Assembly (NCBI GenBank): GCA_047967505.1
Contig: CM106538.1
DNA: 64,000 nucleotides
Origin: Dipteris shenzhenensis
Taxonomy: Eukaryota
Strand: one strand, 5' to 3'
The position numbers and the translations under genes were made by a program. Positions 51,009 through 62,010 of this stretch are shown here, one piece after another. The notes below the pieces were generated by a model. That model was given only the letters and a program-made list of their open reading frames with translations. It had not been told where the DNA came from and did no database searches. Each line of letters begins with the position of its first letter. Position 1 is the stretch's first letter.

Positions 51009-51111
51009 TGTATGTATCAACTGCCTATATATTGGCCTTCTCTCATGAAAAAAGTATAATAGTTTTTTTGGTTTTTCCACTACCATCTTGTTGCTTAGTC
51101 ATGATCTAACA
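51009..51111 (+). repeat. LTR-like 103-bp repeat (copy 2)
   Basis: Direct repeat of 37986-38088. Confidence 0.6.
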
Positions 51112-51682
51112 CTTCTTTCATTCATTTGGTCAACTTGACCAGTTTAAGTTTTGTTCAAGGCTTTCTAATCTACTCCTAATATGTTGTTAGCATCAAGTTT
51201 TTGTCCTCTAGTTATACCTTACGTAGGTAAAAACTATTTTATTAGTAGTCCTAAGTATATGCATTGTCAATGTACTCTCAAGATAGAACGAGCACATGGA
51301 CAATATCTTCTTGATTAGGGTAGCTCTATGTAGATATAGTGTAGAGGACACTCAATGTAACCCTTGAGCATAAGCAGATGTATTGCATTTTTAATTTCTT
51401 GTATACTTGTGTGTAGCATTGTGCATTTCATGTTGTGGTGGAAGCTTTAGGATTCTTCTTTTTTAAAGAAGTGAAAGTCTTAATCCATCGTAGATGGGTC
51501 ATGGTACTCATATTGTGAATATATATAAAGGACGATACACGTGCGCCAAAAGCAGAGTGGGAGAGCATGGAAGGGTCTAGTATTGGGTTTGTGGATAGTC
51601 TTTCATGGCATAGCAACATCAATAGTTGTGTAAAAGGTGACGAAGCAATGAGGCATGGGGATGGCACAAAGCGGGTTTGCAA

Positions 51683-53387
51683 TCAACGGCTTTGCAAAAC
51701 GCGACGAGGCGTGGGGATGGCACAAAGGGGATTTGCAAGATTTGCAGTGAGGCCATGTGACTCTTCGACAGAGAAGGATGAAGCTTGTTTCCAATGGAAG
51801 CTATGCACGAGGTTTGCCACACTAAGGGTGGCCATGGCATTGCCAAGGTGGATGCCAGGGCAAGAGCGTCTACCAGTCCCAAATGGCAACAATTCATAGC
51901 TTTGCCCGGACACTCCCATATGGGCAGCTTCGCCGTTGCCCAAGAACCTCTCAGGCATGAACTCAGAAGCTTTGTCCCACACGTTGGTATCTCTACCCAT
52001 ACTCCACAAGTTCACGATGAGCCTAGTGTTGGGAGGCAGCACATAGCCTGCCACCTCTGTCGCTTGCTTGGCTTGGTGTGGAAGTTGCAAGGGCAATGGT
52101 GGATGCAGCCTCCATGTCTCCTTCATCACTGCGTGCAGATATGATAGATTTGAAAAATCGGACTCTTCCACTTGCCTCTCTAATCCTACTGCTGCATCCA
52201 GCTCCGCTTGGAGCTTCGTCATCTTCTCCGGCGCTCGAAGGAGCTCAGCCATGGCCCATTCCACTGACGTGCTTGTCGTTTCCGTGCCGGCCGCCACGAG
52301 TTCCTGCGTCAATTGCACACTTTTTAATACAAGTGCTGGAAAACAAACGAAGTTCAAACGATGAGTGAGCACTCAAACAAGCAATCACGCGTGCAATGCG
52401 TAAACGCTGCGCACACGTTGACGATCGATCCTAACAATTCGTGGGCAGAATCGCGGCGTATTAAAACTTCGAGCTAAAGAAGAATACGACAATTGTTGAC
52501 TGATTTACCAAGAGCATTGCCTTCACGGCAGTCGTGTCCGAGGCATCGATTTTCTTGTTGAAATCCAACATAGAGGTGAGCAAGTCCTTAGGCGTTGCTC
52601 CTCCATCCTCCATCTCCTGCACGCGGTTATTCACAATTTCCTCCAGGACTGCGTCGAGAAGCCGGACCAGAGCGTCTATCTTCTTTTTGTATCCACCAGG
52701 GTCGAGCCACTTAAGATAAGGAATGACATCTCCCATGATTGGTTTCACGAACAGCTCGCTTAACTCTGCAAGCACGTCTACGAAACATGAGAGTCGCCCC
52801 TCCGACCTCTCGCTGAACAACGTGCGTGTCATGACGTCCATAGTGAAACGGAAGGCGCTTGTCGAAATCTGCAGAGCTGAACCACACTCCTTTTCGACAG
52901 CCTGCAGAAGGGAAGAAATTTCTTCGTCTCTCAAGTTCTTGTACAGTCGTGTGCTTTTGGCGGACAAGATCTCTTGCACATACAACTTGCGAATATCCCG
53001 CCATTTGGCACTGTATTCCATGAAAGCGGAAGCTTGACTTCCGTAGAAGACACGGTTACCGATCTCTAGACGAGGCCTATTCGCAAACTCCTCGTCATGA
53101 ACATGAAGAAATTCCTTGGCGAGGGCAGCGGAAGAAACCACAACAGTAGCTCTACTCCCCAACCTGAGAAACAAGATCGGACCATATTTTTGCGAGAGCT
53201 TGTCAAGTGATTGATGAGGGATGGAGCTTAGGAGGTGCAGGTGCCCGATGACGGGCAGGCAAAGAGGACTCGGAGGAAGCCGTTGGCGGGATACGTAATT
53301 GAAGTATAACCAAGCCAAGGCTAAGATAAATGCGGGAAGGGAGAGCACATAGTATGATGCAAGGGAGCTCCAAAGAATTGATTCCAT
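51683..53387 (-). CDS. Cytochrome P450, CYP71 clan (A-type), ~499 aa, two exons (53387-52509, 52303-51683)
   Basis: N-terminal TM segment and PPSP hinge, AAGTETT I-helix, ETWR (ExxR), PERF, PFGTGRRSCPG heme motif; 205-bp phase-0 GT-AG intron just before the I-helix motif; no internal stops. Confidence 0.95.
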
Positions 53388-53507
53388 GGTTTGTGATGGA
53401 TCGAAGTTGACCAATTGATTCAGTGGCCGAGCTGCTCTATGACTATAGCGATCATGCAATAGATTCAGCTACGAGAACTGATGATCAAAGCCATATTCAG
53501 ATTGCAA

Positions 53508-53514
53508 ATTTATA
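53508..53514 (-). promoter_or_regulatory. Putative TATA box of P450
   Basis: TATAAAT on minus strand ~120 bp upstream of the ATG. Confidence 0.5.
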
Positions 53515-53601
53515 GAGACTTGGAGCTACTCAAATTAACAAGACATACGATCGACGCGAAAATGGGCGAGGCTTTAGGGACAGGCGCATATAATAAGATG
53601 T

Positions 53602-53802
53602 CTTTAAAAAATAATAATAATAAATAAACATGATGGTCAGTCCCAAAAGTAAGACCATATACAAAAATGGGCCAACTCAAGGGGCAAGCGCCCGTGGCCT
53701 ACCTTGCATAAGCAGGAGGAGCCTACCCTAAAGCGTGAGACCTATCTCCATGAGCATATCTCCTACTAGGGAGTCCTTGTTTATTATTATTATTTTTTTA
53801 AG
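53602..53802. mobile_element. MITE-like insertion in the P450 promoter
   Basis: TIRs AAAAAATAATAATAATAAA / TTTATTATTATTATTTTTT; GATGT(CTTT) repeated on both sides. Confidence 0.65.
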
Positions 53803-53879
53803 GATGTCTTTGTTAAAATGTATTCCTTTGTGAATCACGATCTCTACCAATATTCACTTAATGCTTTGTCGTATAGTGA

Positions 53880-54576
53880 GATTGAGAAGCTATACGAATA
53901 TGGATGCGAATATGGGCTAGACTTTAGGTCTACTCTCTATGTGCCAATATTTATTAAATGTTGTGTCGTATAATGAGCTTGGATGATCCTCTAGGGAATA
54001 CGAGAACTTCTTCTCTCCTTCACATCCCTCTTTTCCTTCATCATCATGGTCTAGATCCACACTCGAACGGAGATCAACTTGTTAAACCAACAGAAACGAC
54101 ACTCTGGTTGCTTTCACCACCAAAGAGGATGCCCCCCTGTCACCATACATCTCCATCCCTTCTCCCTTAAAAAAAAAAAAAAAAAAAACGTGTTGGTGGG
54201 CGTGAGAGGCTCCCTCGGAGGCTCCCAACAACCTACATGCCTCCTTGGGCACTTTCCCTATGTTAACCTTAACCTTCATTCTGTAGTTCTCACCTCCTTC
54301 AAGTTCTCTACAGAATTCATGTTCTACTAGTCCTTTCTTATGTTGAAGGCTCCGATTTTCTCACCCTTGTCTATCGTACCGTAACTCTGTTGCTCTACTT
54401 CAAATTTCTAGATAGGTTGTCATTGCTTCTAGGCTATTCCTTTTCATATAATGAGATTCAGAAGACATACGATGGACTCCAATATAGCCGATACTTTAGG
54501 TCTACCCTCTCTCAGAGGCCAATATTTATTAAATGTTATGTCGTATAATGAGGTTGGATGATGCTCTAGGGAACAC
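53880..54576. repeat. ~120-bp direct repeat pair (about 53880-54001 and 54453-54576)
   Basis: ACTTTAGGTCTAC...CCAATATTTATTAAATGTT...CTCTAGGGAA occurs twice. Confidence 0.75.
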
Positions 54577-56014
54577 CATCTTCGCCCTCGTTGCAACACA
54601 AACACACATGATGATCTTGAAGTCTTCTCCTTTGTCCATTTCATTATAATATTTAGAAAAAAAGACAACTTTGTCACTGACATGCATGTCCCTCCCCCTT
54701 TCCTCGATGTTTCTTTATATTGCCTATTTCATCGGGGCTTATCAGTCAAATCATTTCTTTGACTTTTAGTCATTGACTTCACTCTCCATTGACTTTTAGT
54801 CATTGATAACTTTTTCCATTTTATTATATAAAGAAAATATGACAACTTGTGCTCGCATGCATGTCCCTCCCGCTTTCATCAACATTTCCCTATATAATTG
54901 CCTATTTCCTCCACCTTTTTTGGCAATCCCTTGAGCTCATCCGTTAATGCATTTCTTTGAATTTTAGTCATTGACTTCCCTCCCCCATGTGAAAAGACAA
55001 TTATTTGGCTTAAGACTCTACAAGTGCATTCCCACTCCAGTGGAATCTACCACTGGCAGAGAAAGTAGAGAGAAACCCTTTGTTTAGCACTGCCCCCTTA
55101 GAGAGGGTGCTATAGTGGAGAATTGGATTCTGATCATTTGTGAATTTCAAATGTAATTTTTTAAATTAAAAAATCAAGATTGCCTCAATTTTGGCATTGG
55201 ATGCTTTATATGATGAATGCTTTTCTCTATGCTTTAGCCCATAAATTAGGATGTAGTGCCCATGCACACTTGTGCACTCTTGTTACACATGTACTCCAAC
55301 AGTGCCGAAATTTGAGGAGAGCATTCTATAGAGTCCAAGAATTACCTCACACTAGGCACAAAGTTTGGGACCAACAACATTATGTAGTGATATTTAGATT
55401 CAAAGTGATCACCTTGTCCTCTCAACAATGACACTAACGTAACACCTCTTACAACTTTGAGACAATGTTTGGTTTCCACTCACACATGAACCTCCTCTCA
55501 TTACAAGGGTTGGGCTTGTGCAACCTCACTTCTTTGTTGACTTGGATTCTCGAAGACCATGTAATAAAGCATGCTTACTAGTTGAACATTTTTTTGACTT
55601 TTTATTGTTGAGTGTAAATACAAGCTTTGAACTTTCGTTGGCTTTCTCTCCTAAAGCGAGTGTAATTCTTACTTAAAGTTTCATTTTCTTATTTTCAAAT
55701 ACTAGGCAAGGCCTTCTCCTAATTCTTTCCTTCTAAAGGTTCTTATTTTAAAATACTAAGTCTAAGGCAATTATGAAACACCTCTTGTTTTGCCCAAGTT
55801 TTCTAGCAATATATATGGTTGGTTTTGAAAGGGTTTTCTCTTACATAAGCAAATTTTTTTGGAAAGATTGTACAAAAATCATTTTGGTACCTTTAGAGAG
55901 ACTCCCCATGTTAATTCATTGCACTTGTCCAAAGTCATTTTTGCAGATAGAGAGACTTCCCATGATAATTCATTGCACTCAGCACATGGAGCTTTCTATC
56001 AATCCAATAGAGTG

Positions 56015-56018
<4 letters not shown>

Positions 56019-56070
<52 letters not shown>

Positions 56071-56317
56071 CGGGGGGTGCAGTACTAAGAAACCCTCTGT
56101 ATCATGTGGGTTCAAACGGTATTTAAAAAACGCCTCAACTAAAATTTCTCCCATAATAAAAATGCTCCTCTATACTTATGAATTGAGTTTTTTCAAAAAT
56201 TGAAGTAAAAGATCCCTCCTGATGATTGTAATTCTATTAAAGTTTTCCAAAAAGTTTGATTAAAATACCCCTCCTTTTAAATGCAAGTGGTACACTAAAT
56301 TTTTTTAGGTGAACCCC

Positions 56318-56352
<35 letters not shown>
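56019..56352. mobile_element. MITE (~56068-56323) inserted in a (GA)n microsatellite
   Basis: CTCGGGGGGTGCA / TGAACCCCCAGAG ends, with (GA)n tracts on both sides. Confidence 0.65.
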
Positions 56353-56354
<2 letters not shown>

Positions 56355-56772
56355 GGGGGGCCTTGGGAAGGGGTTAGGCTTGTTAAGGGATAAAGAAGTA
56401 ACCTAACTTTAGTATCAAAATAGTTAAGTGTCTTAATAGTTAGAGGTTGTAACCAATATAACAACTACCAAGTCGGATATAGCAATATTACAAGGGATAG
56501 CAGACTAAGACAGAATGCGCAATGTGAGTTCTTGTAATAGTTTATCTGATGGCTAAATTCTAATGAAAGAGAATATACCTATGACTATTATCTATTGTGC
56601 GCGCGTTATGTCTCCTTTACTATTTTTCTGAATGCAATGTTGCATATCTTTCTTTCCTTCCTTTCAAGCAATGAGAGAGAGGAGTATATTCGACCCCACA
56701 ATAGTAATGTCTCAAGCACTTTGTAGAACTTAGCTCTTCCTTTCAGCAATGCATTGTTCTAAGTGTAGTTCT

Positions 56773-57921
56773 TGTGGGGGTTAAAGGCCATTGTACCTTA
56801 GGCCCAGTTATGTATAATACTCAAACACATATATACATGGGATGACATAGAAGATTAGGGTGTTCTACACCCACCAAAACTTGGGTGAATCTCTCTTTTG
56901 GATCTCCCTCTCTCTCACCTTCTTCTATTCCACTTCCGTTGTTGAGATCTCTCAACTGGTATCAGAGCACGGGTGTTCTAGTTGTGAGCCCAGATATGAG
57001 CCTGGAGCCCAAAGTTTGCTATTGCAGCTATGTAGGAGGAAGGAGAAGCTGCATTGGGTGACTTTACCTACATCCTAGTGTGCAGATAGCTTGGAGAAAC
57101 CTTTGGAAAGTTCTAGTGGTTTTGGAGAAAAAAATACGTTTTTTTATGATTCCCCTATTTCTTTTGATGAGAGTGAGAGTCCGAAATGAATTGCACAGGC
57201 AACCATTTCTTGATTTTGGTGTCCATTGCAATTTGGAAGTTCAAAAACTCCTTCATTCTTGAATTTGGGATCATTTTGTTGGATTTCTAACTCACTCTCT
57301 CTGCTTCAACGTTTTTATGCCAATGTGTTGGAACTCGAGTTTGAAGCAAACATTCACAGATCTATCAGTTTTGGTGGACTTAGGATGTCTTAAAACTTAT
57401 TTGTTACTCATCATTTGCACTCCGGTGGTGCTTACAAATAGGTCTATTTGCAAAAAAAAAAAAAGTCCATGTGTTGGACCCAATAATTGGGAACACGGTT
57501 TCTAAAACTGTCTATTCCATTGCATTCTAAAGGCCCAAAAACCCCTACTTGCCAACTTTTGTGCGATCCCATGGAGATTTAGAGAATTTTCATCTCTCTG
57601 AGGCATCGAATTGTCTATTTCACTGCCAAAAATCCATTAAAAGGTTCAAACCTTTGATTTTTGGATTATAGGTCAATTGCAAGTGTTGACTCCCTGTTTC
57701 CCTTTCATCGGTTGGGATTTTGAAGTTCCAACAGAAAAGAGATATTTGTAGATTGTCTTGCGGGGTCCAATTATGAAGTGATGCACATGTTTTGAGACAT
57801 CTCAGGTTCTATTTTCACTAGCGATAATTTTCGTGGGGCTGTGATTTTTGGTATTCCTTATGCAAAGCACGTCTCTGGTTGCAATGTGAGCTGTGTGCTC
57901 ATTCGTGGTTTGCATTGAGCA
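56773..57921 (+). mobile_element. Truncated copia element (5' LTR, PBS, leader), related to 20074-26226
   Basis: LTR 56773-56954 similar to 20074-20230; PBS 56957-56968; 57740-57920 aligns with 21110-21290. Confidence 0.85.
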
Positions 57922-58130
57922 CCGTATTGGGAAATTTGGGAATCTCCCAAGTCTCATTTTAGAATTCCCAAATTTCCCAATATAGATTTTTCTCATTTAG
58001 AAAATACAAACCATAAACTAAAGTACTAAAACAATTAGTTTCTTTTTACATCTTACAAATTAAATGGAGAAAAGTAGTGCATTTACATTTGCATGTGAGC
58101 TTACATGCAAAAACTTTTGTTTAGAACAAA

Positions 58131-58431
58131 CCTGAGGGGGTCACTCATAAACATGTAACATAGCACGTTAGTGCACACAGGGGTATTTTTTTAATAGGGG
58201 GACTTACATGCCATTTACATACATGAGGGGATTTATAAAATAGTGACTTAGTGAAATTCATATGTGTATATTTATGGAGGGGTGTCTAAATTTTAAGATG
58301 GAAAATGTATACATGCAAGAGGGGGTTAACCAATTACATGAAAAAATGTAAAATTTAAATAATAGGGGTATTTTTAATACATGCTTGCTTGCACGTGCTA
58401 TATGGTTTTAATAAAGAGTGACTTCCCCAGG
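58131..58431. mobile_element. MITE related to 8617-8865
   Basis: TIRs CCTGAGGGGGTCACTC / GAGTGACTTCCCCAGG; similar subterminal CACGT motifs. Confidence 0.7.
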
Positions 58432-58439
58432 TACAAGGT

Positions 58440-59900
58440 CCATTAGACAATGAAATATGTATGACGATGGTTGTCTCCCCTTCTTTCCTAACTTCTTATC
58501 TTGCAATGGGAGATCAAGTCTAGCATACCATTCTCATAATATCAACCTAGCCATCAAATATATCCTTCGGGCTAACCACCATATGGCTATCTCTTTGTGC
58601 AAATTTCTCTCCCACATATTGCACAAATCTCTACAAAAGAAAAACTTGGTGTTTATACAAGCAATATACAAGAAGATTTGACCTTGCAGTGAAATCTATA
58701 GAAGATGAAAAACCATTACCTCCCACGGCTGCCGCAATGGACTGTTCTTTTGATGTGGTTTTGGTGGAGACCCAAATGCCATCCTTTGATCTCTCAATTG
58801 TCGGATCTGCTCAAGGTAAGGAGCATTCTTCATCACCTAGTGTGATTCCATATTTGTCATCCATGATAGCTCAATGCACTTTTCTGCATGGAAATAAACA
58901 AGAAATCTTGAATTTTTAAATGATACAGGTGCTTTGTTTCAAGAAAAGGTGGAGACATCTCCTTGATATACAACTTTGTAGCTGTGATAGAATGCAATCC
59001 TAATATAATCCAATAGTTGTATGTATCCAACTTGTTGGATTGCACTTCTTCCTTCTTTATGGGCCGAGCTACATCACCTTGCTTTACAAATGGCATGACA
59101 TATGCCACATTTGTTGGGTTCATTGGATTCCTTTGAAAAGCCACCTCCAACTTCTTTATGTACTCCCAACAAAGTGTTGTGTATGCATATAGTGGTGGTG
59201 CTTTTGAATACCTGTCAACTAGGATACAAAACTCTGTGTCAGATCCAAATGGGAATTATTGTTCATAAATATATAGTCCACCCTCCATCTTTACTCCTTT
59301 CTTTAATTTTTCTAGTGACTCAATTTGCATTTTTTCTAGACTTCTCCCTGCATGAAATGAAGGGGCTTTGCAAAGTGTATAACTTGTTTCCATGCATCAT
59401 CTCCAAAATTTCCCGATGTTTCTTTACCCTTCAAAGAACCTCCACCATCAACTTTTGAAGAACTGCTCTTATCGATCTTTCGCCTCTTTGATTGTCTACC
59501 ATCCTTTCAATGAGAAACAAGTAGGTCACTACCTCTTACAAATTGAAATGCCAAGGAAATTGTTTCGGGAAACACAAGATCTTCTACCACATTCCATCCC
59601 ATCTTCTTCATAGACTACTCATCCTTATCAGTAATATGTGTGAAATCAAAGGCCAATGGATCGAGTTTGTATATTATACTTTTCCATTTCATCTTCACCT
59701 CATTAGAAGCTACTCCTTTTCATGCAATTCCATTAGAGACATCATCCATGATGCCAGCTTGCTCAAAGGTCATGCCGAGATCCTTGAGTACAAACAACTT
59801 AATAGTTGGTGTCTATCAACCATCATAAACAATGTTAGCACTGACACCATCAACCACATGGCTATCCCTCTTTGATGAAACTTTGGATGCCATGGATCCA
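58440..59900 (-). pseudogene. Degenerate ORF of unknown, probably TE-related function
   Basis: Coding-like minus-strand fragments (e.g. 58857-59150) broken by stops. Confidence 0.3.
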
Positions 59901-59951
59901 AAATTGTGAGATACATGCAACTTTTCATTAGCAAGTGATACTAGAAATGAA

Positions 59952-59954
<3 letters not shown>

Positions 59955-60009
<55 letters not shown>
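59955..60009. repeat. (TC)n microsatellite
   Basis: Seen directly. Confidence 0.95.
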
Positions 60010-60010
<1 letters not shown>

Positions 60011-62010
60011 GTTTTGGCCTTGTGGCCAAAACTTTTGATAGGAGGATATAAGCATAGAATTTTTTGCTTCTGATGGCCAAAAACTTCTGATCACCAAAAC
60101 TTTTGGTGTCAGAATAGAGTTTTGACCTTGTGGCCAAAACTTTTGATAGAAGCATGCAAGCCTACCTTGTGGCCAGCATGCAAGCATGGGGTTTTGTCCT
60201 TGCATGCTTGGATTGCAAGCAAGCATGGAGTTTTGGCCTTGTGGTCAAAAATTTTGGTGGCAGCACATAGTGTTTACCTTGTGGGCAAGACTTTTGATAG
60301 AAACATGCAAGCCAAGACTTTTGGCCAAAACTTTTGTGCAAGCATGGAGTTTTGGCCTTTTGGCCAAATTTTTTGTGCAAGCATGGAGTTTTGACCTTGT
60401 GGCCAAAACTTTTGAAGAAAGCATGCAAGCACGGAGTTGTTTTGGCTTTGTGGGCAAAACTTTTGTTGGCAAGATGCAAGCATAGAGTTTTGACCTTGTG
60501 GTCAAAACTTTTGATAGAAACATGCAAGCCTAGAATTTTGGCCAAAACTTTTGTGCAAGCATGGAGTTTTGGCCATAACTTTCGATGGAAACTTGCAAGC
60601 ATGGAGTTTTGGCCTTGTGGCGGTGGCAAGATGCAAGGATAGAGTTTTGACCTTGTGGCCAAAACTTTTGATAGAAGCATGGAAGGATAGAGTTCACTTT
60701 GCAAGCATGGTGTTTTGGCCTTGTGGCCAAAACTTTGAAGGAAGCAGGAAAGCATGGTGTTTTGGCCTTGTGGCCAAAACTTTTGGTGGCAAGATGCAAG
60801 CATAGAGTTTTGACCTTGTGGACAAAACATCTGATAGAAACATGCAAGCCTAGAGTTTTGGCCTTGTGGAAAAAAAGCCTAGACTTTTGGAGAAAACTTT
60901 TGTGCAAGGATGGAGTTTTGTACTTGTGGCCAAATCTTTTGGTGGCACGATGTGAGGATAGAGTTTTGACCTTGTGGCAAAAACTTTTAATAGAAGAATG
61001 CAAGGATAGAGTTTTGGCCTTGAGGCCAAAAAACTTCTAATAGAGTTTTGACCTTGTGGCCAAAACTTTTGAAGGAAGCATGCAAACATGGAGTCTTGGC
61101 CTTGTGGAAAAAACTTTTGGTGGTAAGATGCAAGCATAGAGTTTTGACCTTGTGGTGGCCAAAACATTTGATAGAAACATGCAAGCCTAGAATTTTTGCC
61201 AAAACTTTTATGCAACAAGCATGGAGTTTTGGCTAGAATTTTTCATGGAAACTTGCAAACATGGAGTTTTGGCCTTGTGGCCAAATCTTTTGGTGGCAAG
61301 ATGCAAAGATAGAGTTTTGAGCTTGTGGCCAAAACTTATGATAGAAGCATGCAAGCCTAGAGTTTTGGACTTGGGGACAAAACATTTGTGCAAGCATGGA
61401 GTTTTGGCCTTGTGGCCAAAACTTTTGAAGGAAGCATGCAAGTTTTGGCCAAAACTTTTGGTGGTAAGATGCAAGTATAGGGTTTTGACCTTGTGGCCAA
61501 AACTTCTAATAGAAACATGCAAGCCTAGAATTTGGCCTTGTGGCCAAAACATTTCTACAAGCATGGAGTTTTGGTGGCCCAAACTTTTGATGTCAAGATG
61601 CAAGCACAGAGTTTTGAGCAGAGTTTTGAGCTTGTGGCCAAAACTTTTGCTGGAAACACAAAAGCATGGAATTTTATGCCAGAGTTTTGAATTTATGGCC
61701 AAAACCTTTGCTGGAAACATACAAGCATGGAATTTCTTGCCAAATTTTTGGCCTTCTACCCAAATCTTTTGGTGGCAAGATGCAAGCATAGAATTTTGAC
61801 TTGTGGCCAAAAATTTTGATAGAAACATGCAAGCCTAGAGTTTTGTCCTTGTGGCCAAAACTTGTGATGGAAACTTGCAAAACATGGAGTTTTGTCCTTG
61901 GGACCAAACCATTTGGTGGCATAATGTTATGGAAAATTTTTGGCCTTGTGACCAAAACTTTTGGTGGCAAGATGCAAGCATAGAGTTTTGAGCTTGTGGC
62001 CAAAACTTTG
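60010..62010. repeat. 2-kb complex minisatellite of quasi-palindromic GAGTTTTG(G/A)CCTTGTGGCCAAAACT units
   Basis: Dozens of copies interleaved with GCAAGCAT(G/A)GA and GATAGAAACATGCAAGCC modules; related motifs at 63617-63840. Confidence 0.92.

Noticed and set aside
52461-53459. P450 exon 1 ORF as a stand-alone 332-aa protein
   Set aside because: It runs into the intron; splicing to 52303 yields a complete P450 starting at 53387.
55773-56126. ORFs containing ERERER runs (also 59928-60155)
   Set aside because: Translations of (GA)n microsatellites.
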